A DNA stretch of 32,000 bases from Tahibacter amnicola. GTDB taxonomy: Bacteria; Pseudomonadota; Gammaproteobacteria; Xanthomonadales; Rhodanobacteraceae. Below the pieces are notes generated by a model. It saw only the letters and a program-made list of their open reading frames with translations. It made no database searches and was not told the DNA's origin. Shown one piece after another: positions 10,269 to 21,437 of the stretch (its first letter is position 1; every line of letters starts with the position of its first letter). The DNA is taken from the NCBI RefSeq assembly GCF_025398735.1, contig NZ_CP104694.1, forward strand, positions 4,707,465 through 4,739,464. Direction: 5' to 3'. The position numbers were made by a program, and so were the translations under genes.

Positions 10269-13200
10269 ATGGCGAAACCGGCTGCTTTGTTCAGCACGCT
10301 GCTGTTCCTGGCGGGATCGGCGATGGCTACCGCCCCCGTGCCGGCGACACGGCCACTGGACCTGGTCGCCCTGGGCGCGCCGACGTTCACCAATTTCACC
10401 TCGCGCGACGGCCTGCCCGATTCGGTCATCGTCAGCATCCAGACCGACCGCGATGGTTTCGTCTGGGTCGCCTCGCCCGATGGACTTTCACGCTACGACG
10501 GCCGACGGTGGACCACGCTCACCGATCCTGAACTCGCCTCCTCCGCGGTTCATCTACTGCGCGACCACGAAGGCACGCTCTGGGCCGCTTTCCGTGACAA
10601 CGGCATTGCCCGTTACGATGGCCGACGCTGGGAGGTCGAGAATCGCGGGACAGGTCTGCCATCGCAGCAGATTCGGCGGCTGGTCGACATCCGCAATTCC
10701 GATGACAGCTGGACCCTCTGGGCCCTGACCTGGGACCAGGGATTGCTGCGGCGGGAAAACGGCCGCTGGCACGCCGACGCCGGAAATGCACAATTGCCAC
10801 ATGGCGCCGTTATCTCTTTTGCACGCACATCGCACATTGGCGGAACCGAACGGCAGTGGGCCGGCACGGGCAATGACGGTTTATGGTATCGCTCGCCCGG
10901 GCAAGCCTGGACGAAATTCCGTCAGGCCGATTTCGATCCAGCGCAGATCGAGTACGTCCTGCAGACCGGCAAGGCAGAGCAGGAGGCCCTGTGGGTCTCG
11001 GGTTTCGGCTCCGGCCTGTGGCGACTGAGCCAGGCAGGCCTGCGCAAGTGGTCGCGGGAACTGGGCGATTTCCCCTCCAACGATCTCTACGACATCGCCG
11101 AAACCCCGCAGTCGGACGGGGAGTCCACCATCTGGGTGTCGTCGCGGGCCGGCCTGATCCGCATCTACCACGACCAGGTGCAGGTGTTCGACCGGCGCCA
11201 CGGCCTGCCGTCAAACGTGGTCCGTGAGATTGGGGCGTGGCGCAGTCCCAACGATGACAACGTCCTGTGGCTCGCCACCGAATCCGGGGTGTCACGCACG
11301 CTGGTCGGCGCCAATCAGTGGCTCACGGCATCGCTCATGGGCGCGCAGGCAACCGGTGTCTTTGCCCTGCTCGTCGAGCCCGATGGCCGCAACGGCGAAC
11401 GTCTGTGGGTCGGCGCCAGCGACGACGGACTGGGTCTCTACGAGAACGGCCGGTGGCGCTATTTCACGCAGGCAAACGGTGCATTGCCCGAGTCCACCGT
11501 GCGCATGATCCGCTCGGTGCCCGACAAGGACGGAACGCCGGTGCTCTGGATCGGCCTGCGTTTCGGCCACCTGTTGCGCGTCGGCGACGGCCCCACGTTC
11601 ACGCCGGTCAGCGTTCCCTGGCCACAGCACGTCGGCCAGGCATTGCTCGACCTGCTCACTCGCACTGTGGACGGGCACTACGAGCAATGGTTTGCTACGC
11701 GCCAATCCGGCACGTATCGCCTGCGCGACGGTCGATGGACTGCACTGCGGCCGTCGAACGCCGCCGGGCAATGGCGCGTCAACCGGTTGCTGGAACAGAT
11801 CGATGCCAGCGGCCGTTCGCAATTGTGGGCCATCAGCAACCAGGGGCTGGCGCGCCTGGATGGCGAAACGTGGACCTTGCTCGGTCGCGATGTGGGACTG
11901 CCGGATACGGATCTGATCGGCGGACACATCCTGCCTGACGCGCAGCAACGCCCGATCCTCTGGATCGGTACGTCCTACGCCGCCATTGCGCGAGTGGATA
12001 TTTCCAATCCGGCACATCCGGCAGTACTGCCGGACAATCTGCCTCCGGCACCCGACCAGACCGCCTACAGCGCACTGCCCGACAGCAAAGGCCGGATCTA
12101 CATCTGCACCAACAACGGCGTACAGCGGCTCACCCCCACTGGCAACGGTTACGCCACGCAGGTATTCACGCGGCGCGACGGGATGGTGCACGATGAGTGC
12201 AATACCAACAGCCAGTTCATCGATACCCACGACCGGTTCTGGACCGGCACCCTCGGTGGCGTCACCGTGTTCGACCCGGAACGGGCCACGACGGACCAGG
12301 TCGCCAAGCCCCTGAAGCTGATGGACGTGCGCATCGATGGACGATCCATCCGCGCACATCCCGTGCATGTCTCTCCCGCCGCCCGGGACGTGCATATCGA
12401 GTATGCCCTGCTGTCCTGGCAGCGCGAGAATGAGTCGCGCTTCCGCACGCAATTGATCGGCTACGAGGACAAGCCCGGCCAATGGACGGCGCAGAATTCG
12501 CGCACGTTCAACAGCCTTCCGCCGGGTGACTACCTGCTGCGTATCGAAGCACGCGACTATGCCGGCAATCTCAGCACACCCGTCGCATTGCCCATCACCG
12601 TATCCGCGCAATGGTGGCAGCACCCGGTCGCGCGTACGGCCTTCGCGGGCCTCGTGGTGCTGCTGGGCTACGCCGTGATGCGCTGGCGCACGCGCGCGCT
12701 GCAAACCCAACGCCGTGACCTGGAACAGCGCGTGGCGGCACGCACGCTGGAACTGCACCAGGCCAATGCGCGCCTGCTGGATCTGTCCTACCGCGATGCA
12801 CTGACGGGCCTTGCCAACCGGCGGCGCCTGCTGGAGACGCTGGAACAGCAATGGTCAACCGGAAACGATGCCGCATTGTTCACCATGATCTTTGTCGACG
12901 TTGATCACTTCAAGGATTACAACGACGAGCACGGCCATCCGGCCGGTGACGAAGCGCTGCGATGCGTCGCTTCCGCACTGCGCGACGGCGCGCCACGCGA
13001 CGCACTGGTGTCACGCTACGGTGGTGAGGAATTCGCCTGCCTGTTGCCGCAGACGGACATAGCCCAGGGTGTCGCCCTGGCAGAACGTTTCCGCGTGGCC
13101 GTGGAAAACTGCGATGTTCCGGTGCCCGGCACGGCCGATACGCGCCGGCTGACCATCAGCGCCGGCGTCGCGTCGCGCCGCATCGGCACAAGCGCCGATG

Positions 13201-13292
13201 CGCAGCAGCTGTTGCGCGATGCGGATATCGCGCTCTACCACGCCAAGCATGCGGGTCGCAATCGCGTCTGCACCGCAGTCGATGTGCCCTGA
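10269..13292 (+). CDS. Diguanylate cyclase with large periplasmic two-component-regulator-propeller/Y_Y_Y sensor region, TM helix and GGDEF domain
   Basis: 1007 aa from ATG 10269 (signal/anchor MAKPAALFSTLLFLAGSAMA). About 750 aa of recurring propeller-type units (RYDGRRW, ENGRW, RDGRW, GL..n.v..i). These are followed by an Ig-like Y_Y_Y segment, TM helix FAGLVVLLGYAVMRW, a coiled coil, and a GGDEF domain with GGEEF at 13020-13034. Confidence 0.92.
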   Translation: MAKPAALFSTLLFLAGSAMATAPVPATRPLDLVALGAPTFTNFTSRDGLPDSVIVSIQTDRDGFVWVASPDGLSRYDGRRWTTLTDPELASSAVHLLRDHEGTLWAAFRDNGIARYDGRRWEVENRGTGLPSQQIRRLVDIRNSDDSWTLWALTWDQGLLRRENGRWHADAGNAQLPHGAVISFARTSHIGGTERQWAGTGNDGLWYRSPGQAWTKFRQADFDPAQIEYVLQTGKAEQEALWVSGFGSGLWRLSQAGLRKWSRELGDFPSNDLYDIAETPQSDGESTIWVSSRAGLIRIYHDQVQVFDRRHGLPSNVVREIGAWRSPNDDNVLWLATESGVSRTLVGANQWLTASLMGAQATGVFALLVEPDGRNGERLWVGASDDGLGLYENGRWRYFTQANGALPESTVRMIRSVPDKDGTPVLWIGLRFGHLLRVGDGPTFTPVSVPWPQHVGQALLDLLTRTVDGHYEQWFATRQSGTYRLRDGRWTALRPSNAAGQWRVNRLLEQIDASGRSQLWAISNQGLARLDGETWTLLGRDVGLPDTDLIGGHILPDAQQRPILWIGTSYAAIARVDISNPAHPAVLPDNLPPAPDQTAYSALPDSKGRIYICTNNGVQRLTPTGNGYATQVFTRRDGMVHDECNTNSQFIDTHDRFWTGTLGGVTVFDPERATTDQVAKPLKLMDVRIDGRSIRAHPVHVSPAARDVHIEYALLSWQRENESRFRTQLIGYEDKPGQWTAQNSRTFNSLPPGDYLLRIEARDYAGNLSTPVALPITVSAQWWQHPVARTAFAGLVVLLGYAVMRWRTRALQTQRRDLEQRVAARTLELHQANARLLDLSYRDALTGLANRRRLLETLEQQWSTGNDAALFTMIFVDVDHFKDYNDEHGHPAGDEALRCVASALRDGAPRDALVSRYGGEEFACLLPQTDIAQGVALAERFRVAVENCDVPVPGTADTRRLTISAGVASRRIGTSADAQQLLRDADIALYHAKHAGRNRVCTAVDVP

Positions 13293-13301
13293 GCCGTGGC
13301 A

Positions 13302-13319
13302 CGGCGGGGCAACCCGCCG
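13302..13319 (+). terminator. Short hairpin with GCAA tetraloop after the diguanylate cyclase gene
   Basis: CGGCGGG (13302-13308) pairs with CCCGCCG (13313-13319), with loop GCAA. There is no U-tract, so readthrough into the cupredoxin gene is possible. Confidence 0.3.
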
Positions 13320-13394
13320 CCGGCCTGCCCGCACTCAGTAGAGAGGACCCGGCAGAGCCGCCTGCCCCGACCGCCCGTCACTGGAGCCCACATC

Positions 13395-14174
13395 ATGCTC
13401 AACTATCGTCGATTGTGCGGGTGGTCCGCGTTGGTATTCATGGCAACCCCCGTCCAGTCCGCCAATGTCGAGGTGCGCGTTGGCGGAGGCCAGAACGTCT
13501 ATGTGCCGGCACGCGTGACGATCACGCTGGGCGACACGGTCACCTTCTACAACGCCGGCGGTCTGCACAATGTCGTTGCCGAGGACGGCTCGTTCCGATG
13601 TGCCAACGGCTGTGATCGCGCCGGTGGCAGCGGCACGCCCAGTTCAGCCGCCTGGCGCGCGACCGTGCTGCCCACCGAAGCAGGGACCATCGACTACTAC
13701 TGCCAGGTTCACGGCATGCCGGTCGGCGGCTACGGCGGCGGTGTGCCGATGCGCGGTTCGATCGTCGTCCAACCGCCGGACACGCCGGTCGTCCTCGACG
13801 CCGCCTATTCCGGAAACTGGTACGACCCCGCCCAGAACGGCCATGGCATCCAGCTGGAGTACCTGGGCAACAACGTGGTGACCGCGTTCTGGTTCACCTT
13901 CGACAACGCCGGCAACCAGGTATGGCTCAACGGGGCTGGTACGGCGGACGGCCATCGCGTGCAGATCTCCACCGCCCGCGTGATCGGCGGACGCTTCCCG
14001 CCGAATTTCAATCCCGCACTGGTGCAAAGCACGAGCTGGGGAACCCTGACATTGACCTTCGCCTCCTGCCAGTCTGCGCGACTGGACTGGACGACGACAG
14101 ACCCGGCGTTCACACCCAGCGGCTTCATGAATCTGACACGACTGACGCAGGTCAGCGGCACCAGCTGCCCCTGA
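13395..14174 (+). CDS. Secreted cupredoxin (amicyanin/plastocyanin-like type-1 copper protein) fused to an unnamed C-terminal domain
   Basis: 259 aa from ATG 13395 (SD GGAG) with a signal peptide. Ligand pattern is His58 (GGLHNV) and Cys103-x2-His106 (YYCQVH). The final strand PMRGSIVV resembles amicyanin FMRGKVVV. Residues ~150-259 (YSGNWYDPAQNGHGIQLEY..) form a second domain I cannot name. Confidence 0.8.
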   Translation: MLNYRRLCGWSALVFMATPVQSANVEVRVGGGQNVYVPARVTITLGDTVTFYNAGGLHNVVAEDGSFRCANGCDRAGGSGTPSSAAWRATVLPTEAGTIDYYCQVHGMPVGGYGGGVPMRGSIVVQPPDTPVVLDAAYSGNWYDPAQNGHGIQLEYLGNNVVTAFWFTFDNAGNQVWLNGAGTADGHRVQISTARVIGGRFPPNFNPALVQSTSWGTLTLTFASCQSARLDWTTTDPAFTPSGFMNLTRLTQVSGTSCP

Positions 14175-14269
14175 GGAGACGCAACCGCGCAATGCTCCGT
14201 GCCATGCCCGGTGCGTGGTACCGCGAACGCAGGACGGCGCCAACGCGCCGCCCTGCAACAACCCGCTGC

Positions 14270-15229
14270 TTACCACATGCAATCGACGCGGCAGCCGATA
14301 AAGTTGGTCGACGTGCGTGCGCAGGTCACCACGGCCTCGAAGCAGTTGTTCAATCCCATCGTGAAGCCGCCGCCACCGTGGCGCGCCACGTTTCGGCCAA
14401 ATTCAATGGCATCGTTGCGGTCGTGGAAGCGCCACGTATAAGGAAACTGGTCGAGCTGCGACGGCCAGACGTTGTTGGACGGATCTTCCGCATGATCGTA
14501 GACCAGCGATTTCGTGCCCGTGGTGTAGTGCAGGAACACGCAGTTGCCAGCCGGATCGCACACCTTCAGGTCGATGGTTTCGGACGTTCCCTCGAAGGAC
14601 ATTCCCACCGTTCCGCCACTGCTTCCGCCTTCGATGTACACGCCCTTGATGCCCGGCAGGAAATCATGGATTGCGCTGGCCAGATCGCGATTGAGCGCCT
14701 GGGTGCCTGCCTGGCTTTTGAGCAGGTCGCGCATGCGCTGCATGAAACGCTGGTACTCCTGGCCACGCGGTGCATCCCAGGCCACGCGGCTGATGTCGAA
14801 AGGACGCATGCCGTTGGTGCCTGCGGTGACGCCCACGTCGCCCAGGTCGACGTTGACCCGGCCATGTTCGATGAGGTCCGGGTTCAGGGTGTGGATCTGG
14901 TCCAGCAGGCTCCACAGGCGTTGCACATCCGTGTCGACAGGCATGTCGACGGCGATTCGCGTGGCCTTGGCCAGTTCTTCCGGCGTGAGGTCTTCCTGCT
15001 TGCCGGCACCATCCAGCATCACCTGGAACTTGCGCACATGGTGGTTGCTGAATCCATAGGTGAACCGGATACCCAGGCCGGGCCGCGAAAGCACCATCTG
15101 CCTGGACTGCGCCGGCGTACACCCCTCGCACCGCAGTGCGGGGACTGCCGCTTGTACGTCTCCAGCGATGCCCAGCGCCAATGCGCCGAGCAGTACTGCT
15201 CCTGTGACCAGACGAATCAACACGATCAT
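14270..15229 (-). CDS. Secreted Cys-rich hypothetical protein (no recognisable family)
   Basis: 319 aa from ATG 15229. GTG 15223 has better spacing to the AGGAG SD. Signal peptide LIRLVTGAVLLGALALGIAGDVQA. Eight Cys lie in three clusters (RCEGC, KVCDPAGNC, NNCFEAVVTCARTSTNFIGCRVDC). The composition is protein-like, whereas the overlapping + strand ORF 13922-15238 is Arg-rich. Confidence 0.7.
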   Translation of the reverse strand: MIVLIRLVTGAVLLGALALGIAGDVQAAVPALRCEGCTPAQSRQMVLSRPGLGIRFTYGFSNHHVRKFQVMLDGAGKQEDLTPEELAKATRIAVDMPVDTDVQRLWSLLDQIHTLNPDLIEHGRVNVDLGDVGVTAGTNGMRPFDISRVAWDAPRGQEYQRFMQRMRDLLKSQAGTQALNRDLASAIHDFLPGIKGVYIEGGSSGGTVGMSFEGTSETIDLKVCDPAGNCVFLHYTTGTKSLVYDHAEDPSNNVWPSQLDQFPYTWRFHDRNDAIEFGRNVARHGGGGFTMGLNNCFEAVVTCARTSTNFIGCRVDCMW

Positions 15230-15315
15230 CTCCTTTGAAATCCGACTTCCTGCGCGCCGCATCAGGCGATGCAATGGCGTCAGGGCGCTTCTGGTCCGCC
15301 CCCGGGACACCGGCG

Positions 15316-15343
15316 AGACTATCGAACTTTGCCACAAAAGCAA
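15316..15343 (-). promoter_or_regulatory. Candidate promoter of the orphan secreted gene
   Basis: On the minus strand: TTGCTT (15343-15338), a 16-nt spacer, then TAGTCT (15321-15316), inside an AT-rich patch. The small inverted repeat TTTGC-N7-GCAAA overlaps the -35 element. Confidence 0.3.
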
Positions 15344-15530
15344 ATATCTAATTGCCTCATATGACACCCTGAAGTTGGCATTGTCGGCGTGCAACCTGAC
15401 GCCCGGGCCGCTGCTCCACAAGGGCTGCCGGGCACCAACGCAACAACCGCCTCCGCGGCCGGACGCCCCCGCATTGGACAACGGTACGGCGACGTCCTGT
15501 CGCGTATTCAGATCCCGAAGAGCGGCTTTC

Positions 15531-18811
<3,281 letters not shown>

Positions 18812-18826
18812 CTACGGAGACCCCTC

Positions 18827-19669
18827 ATGGCGAAGAAAGGCTGGGCCGCGTTTCCCTACCCCGACAAGGCGTTCGACTACGCCGGCGACAAGCTCGCCAA
18901 ATCCTGGAAAACGCTGCACGCGGGGGATGTGGAACCCTTTCCCGACGAAAAGCACGTCGCCGCCCTCCTCAAGCGCAATCCCAAGCTCGGCAAGGACGTC
19001 GCCGCGATAGCGGCGGACCTGCAGGAAGCCTGGCGCGAATTCCACCGCGGCGATTTCGAAGCCGCCTTCGAACGCGGCAAGGGTCTCAAGGCGCTGGGCG
19101 CGTCGGTGGCGATCAAGGCCGGCGGCATCCACGCCACCTACCTGCTGGAGGGCGACAAGGAAAAGCTCACCCGCTATGAACTGCTGGCAAAGATGGCCGA
19201 CGAGGCCATCGCCGCACTGCCCGACGAGGTCAACAGCCACTATCGCCGGGCCTATGCGCTGGGCCGCTACAGCCAGTGCATCTCCATCACCAAGGCGCTG
19301 ACCCAGGGCCTGGCCGGCAAAGTGAAAGAGTCGCTGGACGCGACGCTCGCGCTGGCACCCAGGCATGCCGAGGCGCAGACGGCGCTGGGCCTCTACCACG
19401 CGGAAATCGTGGGCAAGGTCGGTGGCATGCTGGCCAAGCTGACCTACGGCGCCAGCGCCGGCGTAGCCGAAAAACACCTCAAGGAAGCCACCAGGCTCAC
19501 GCCCGCCTCGCCGATTGCCTGGATCGAATACGGCAACGGACTGATGCTGCTGCACGGCGACGACAAGGAAGACGACGTGGCCGAGGCCTTCGCCAAGGCG
19601 GCCAAGCTCAAGCCGCACGATGCAATGGAGGCACTGGACGCGGCCTGGGCCAAGGAACAGCTGGCCTGA
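18827..19669 (+). CDS. Cytoplasmic helical (TPR-like) hypothetical protein
   Basis: 280 aa from ATG 18827 (SD GGAGA 6 nt upstream). No signal peptide. It shows helical pair repeats (EAWREFHRGDFEAAFERG, AEKHLKEATRLTP..). No family recognised. The ORF-track extension to 18461 is antisense to ligA and rejected. Confidence 0.75.
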   Translation: MAKKGWAAFPYPDKAFDYAGDKLAKSWKTLHAGDVEPFPDEKHVAALLKRNPKLGKDVAAIAADLQEAWREFHRGDFEAAFERGKGLKALGASVAIKAGGIHATYLLEGDKEKLTRYELLAKMADEAIAALPDEVNSHYRRAYALGRYSQCISITKALTQGLAGKVKESLDATLALAPRHAEAQTALGLYHAEIVGKVGGMLAKLTYGASAGVAEKHLKEATRLTPASPIAWIEYGNGLMLLHGDDKEDDVAEAFAKAAKLKPHDAMEALDAAWAKEQLA

Positions 19670-19680
19670 TCGCTCCGCCG

Positions 19681-19713
19681 CGTCGCGCCGGATCTTTCAC
19701 GACCGGCGCGACG
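19681..19713 (+). terminator. Perfect 11-bp-stem hairpin after the 18827-19669 gene
   Basis: CGTCGCGCCGG (19681-19691) pairs with CCGGCGCGACG (19703-19713), with an 11-nt loop. It is followed by a -10-like GATAAT (19718-19723) ahead of yajD. Confidence 0.5.
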
Positions 19714-19750
19714 TGCCGATAATGCGGACAACCTTCCGGAAAGTCCCCGC

Positions 19751-20122
19751 ATGAGCACCAACAAACCCCGAATGGACAGCCAGCGGCTCGACCGCGTCGT
19801 CGCCCAGGCTCGAGCCGATGCCGCCGAACGTGAGCGGGGTTACCGCGAGCGGGCGCTCAAGATGTACCCCTGGGTCTGCGGACGTTGCGCGCGGGAGTTC
19901 ACCCGCGCCAATCTGCAGGAACTGACGGTCCATCACCGCAACCACAACCACGACGACAACCCACCGGACGGCAGCAACTGGGAGTTGCTGTGCGTGTACT
20001 GCCACGACAACGAGCACTCGCGCTACATCGACAACACCGGTTCGGGCGAGGAAGCCGGCCCGGCGCCGGCCACCTCCAATCCCTTCGCCAATCTGCGCGA
20101 CCTCATGAAGCGCAAGCCGTAG
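19751..20122 (+). CDS. yajD: Small HNH nuclease family protein YajD
   Basis: 123 aa colinear with E. coli YajD as I recall it: YRERALKMYPWVCGRCAREF, LTVHHRNHNHDDNPPDGSNWELLCVYCHDNEHS, and a C-terminal NPFANLRDLMKRK. The start could be the second Met (19772). Confidence 0.9.
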   Translation: MSTNKPRMDSQRLDRVVAQARADAAERERGYRERALKMYPWVCGRCAREFTRANLQELTVHHRNHNHDDNPPDGSNWELLCVYCHDNEHSRYIDNTGSGEEAGPAPATSNPFANLRDLMKRKP

Positions 20123-21287
20123 CGGCCTGCGACGCAGCGGGAGCCGCCCGTTGCCGCCACTTCATGCCGAAGAAGGGGCGCAGCAGGTTGAACGGGCGTA
20201 TCAGGCTCACGTAGATCACCCAGCAGCCGCCCACAGTGCCGGCCAGCACGAGCAGCGGTTCCAGCACGGGACCGAGCTTGAGCGGCGCGAGCCAGTAGCC
20301 AATCAGCACGATCAGGCTCTGGTGCAGCACATAGCACGGGAAGATCGCCTCGTTGGCCTTCGGCAGCCAACGGAACGGCCGGTCGAGGCAGGCCTTGCCC
20401 CAGCCCAGAATCGCCATCAGCGCCGTCCACAGGTAGGCCGCCCGGATAGTCCGTGCGATCAGCAACACCCCGATCGGCGCATCGTCGTCCAGGCTCAGCA
20501 CGAACGGCACGTAGATCAGCCCGAGCGTCACGGCAATGGCCAGGGTCCAGCGGCGCAGGCGGACCAGTTCCTCCCACACCGCGCGGTCACGTCCCAGCGC
20601 CCAGCCGTAGAGAAACACGGTGAAGTACATGGCGTGCTGGAACCAGTCGTTGAGCAGGTCGTTGGTCGACGGGAAATGCGCCAGCGTGTAGAGATACACC
20701 GCGAACGGCAGCATCGGCAGGACGATCAGGCGTGCACCCCGCAGCCCCGCCAGGCGGTCGCGCAGCCAGGTCCCGGCGCGGCTGTCGGAGAACCGCATGA
20801 GTGCGCACAGCAGCATCGTGTACACCCACAGGTAGGCCAGATACCACAGGTGGTTCCAGGTGATGCCGTACTCCCAGCCGTCGAAGGCGTCCCTGGGCCA
20901 GGGTTGGAACGTCCAGTAGCGCAGCATGAAGTCGAGATAGCCCGGTGCCACCAGCCCGTTGCTGACGCCCTGGCAATAGGCCTGTACCGGCACGACCACG
21001 AACATGCCGAAAAGCAGCGGCACGAGCAGCCGGAACGTGCGCGAACCGGCGAAGCCGAGCGCCCGCCCGGCCGGGTTCACCAGGCCGATGGCGATGCCCG
21101 ACAACAGGAACAGCAGCGCCATACGCCACCGGTTCATGAACAGCATCGGGTACTGCAGCCACTCGCTGATGTAGCTGCTCTTGATGTGCCACTCCCACTC
21201 GGCGACGTAGAACATCGCCACGTGGTAGAGGATGAGAAAGGCGAATGCAAAGACGCGCAAGGCGTCTATGTCGTGGCGGCGTTCCAT
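20103..21287 (-). CDS. Acyltransferase family 3 integral membrane protein (OpgC/OafA-like)
   Basis: 394 aa with about 10 hydrophobic helices. The N-terminus RRHDIDALRVFAFAFLILYHV is the acyltransferase_3 signature. SD GGGAG precedes ATG 21287. The 3' end overlaps yajD by 20 nt. Confidence 0.85.
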   Translation of the reverse strand: MERRHDIDALRVFAFAFLILYHVAMFYVAEWEWHIKSSYISEWLQYPMLFMNRWRMALLFLLSGIAIGLVNPAGRALGFAGSRTFRLLVPLLFGMFVVVPVQAYCQGVSNGLVAPGYLDFMLRYWTFQPWPRDAFDGWEYGITWNHLWYLAYLWVYTMLLCALMRFSDSRAGTWLRDRLAGLRGARLIVLPMLPFAVYLYTLAHFPSTNDLLNDWFQHAMYFTVFLYGWALGRDRAVWEELVRLRRWTLAIAVTLGLIYVPFVLSLDDDAPIGVLLIARTIRAAYLWTALMAILGWGKACLDRPFRWLPKANEAIFPCYVLHQSLIVLIGYWLAPLKLGPVLEPLLVLAGTVGGCWVIYVSLIRPFNLLRPFFGMKWRQRAAPAASQAATACAS

Positions 21288-21425
21288 GGACAGCTCCCGG
21301 TTGAATCGCCGCCATCGTCACCGCGCCTTGCCCCGGGCACGATCGCCAAGGGATTGATTGACCAGCAAAAGTGACAAACGGAGGATGGCTGGGACGAATC
21401 GCCCCCGCGCCTGGCCCCGTCCGCC

Positions 21426-21431
21426 TAGAAT
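21426..21431 (+). promoter_or_regulatory. -10-like TAGAAT six nt upstream of the LytTR-regulator ATG (possible leaderless transcript)
   Basis: TAGAAT is at 21426-21431 and the ATG at 21438. There is no SD in between, and I see no convincing -35 or extended -10. Confidence 0.25.
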
Positions 21432-21437
21432 CCGCGC

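Noticed and set aside
11292-12851. 519-aa minus-strand ORF
   Set aside because: It is antisense to the propeller/GGDEF gene, whose repeats and GGEEF motif identify the + strand as coding.
13922-15238. 438-aa + strand ORF overlapping the cupredoxin 3' end and the orphan secreted gene
   Set aside because: Its sequence is Arg/His/Ala-rich with no start context. The minus-strand frame has an SD, a signal peptide and a balanced composition. It also overlaps the end of the cupredoxin gene out of frame.
19751-20122. HNH nuclease gene as part of a restriction, homing or toxin module
   Set aside because: It is colinear with the small, widely conserved YajD protein. No methylase, immunity or mobility gene is adjacent. 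The 20-nt convergent overlap with the acyltransferase 3' end looks incidental.
20151-21374. 407-aa + strand ORF
   Set aside because: It is antisense to the acyltransferase-3 membrane protein. Its translation is highly charged (His/Gln/Arg/Glu-rich) and not membrane-like.
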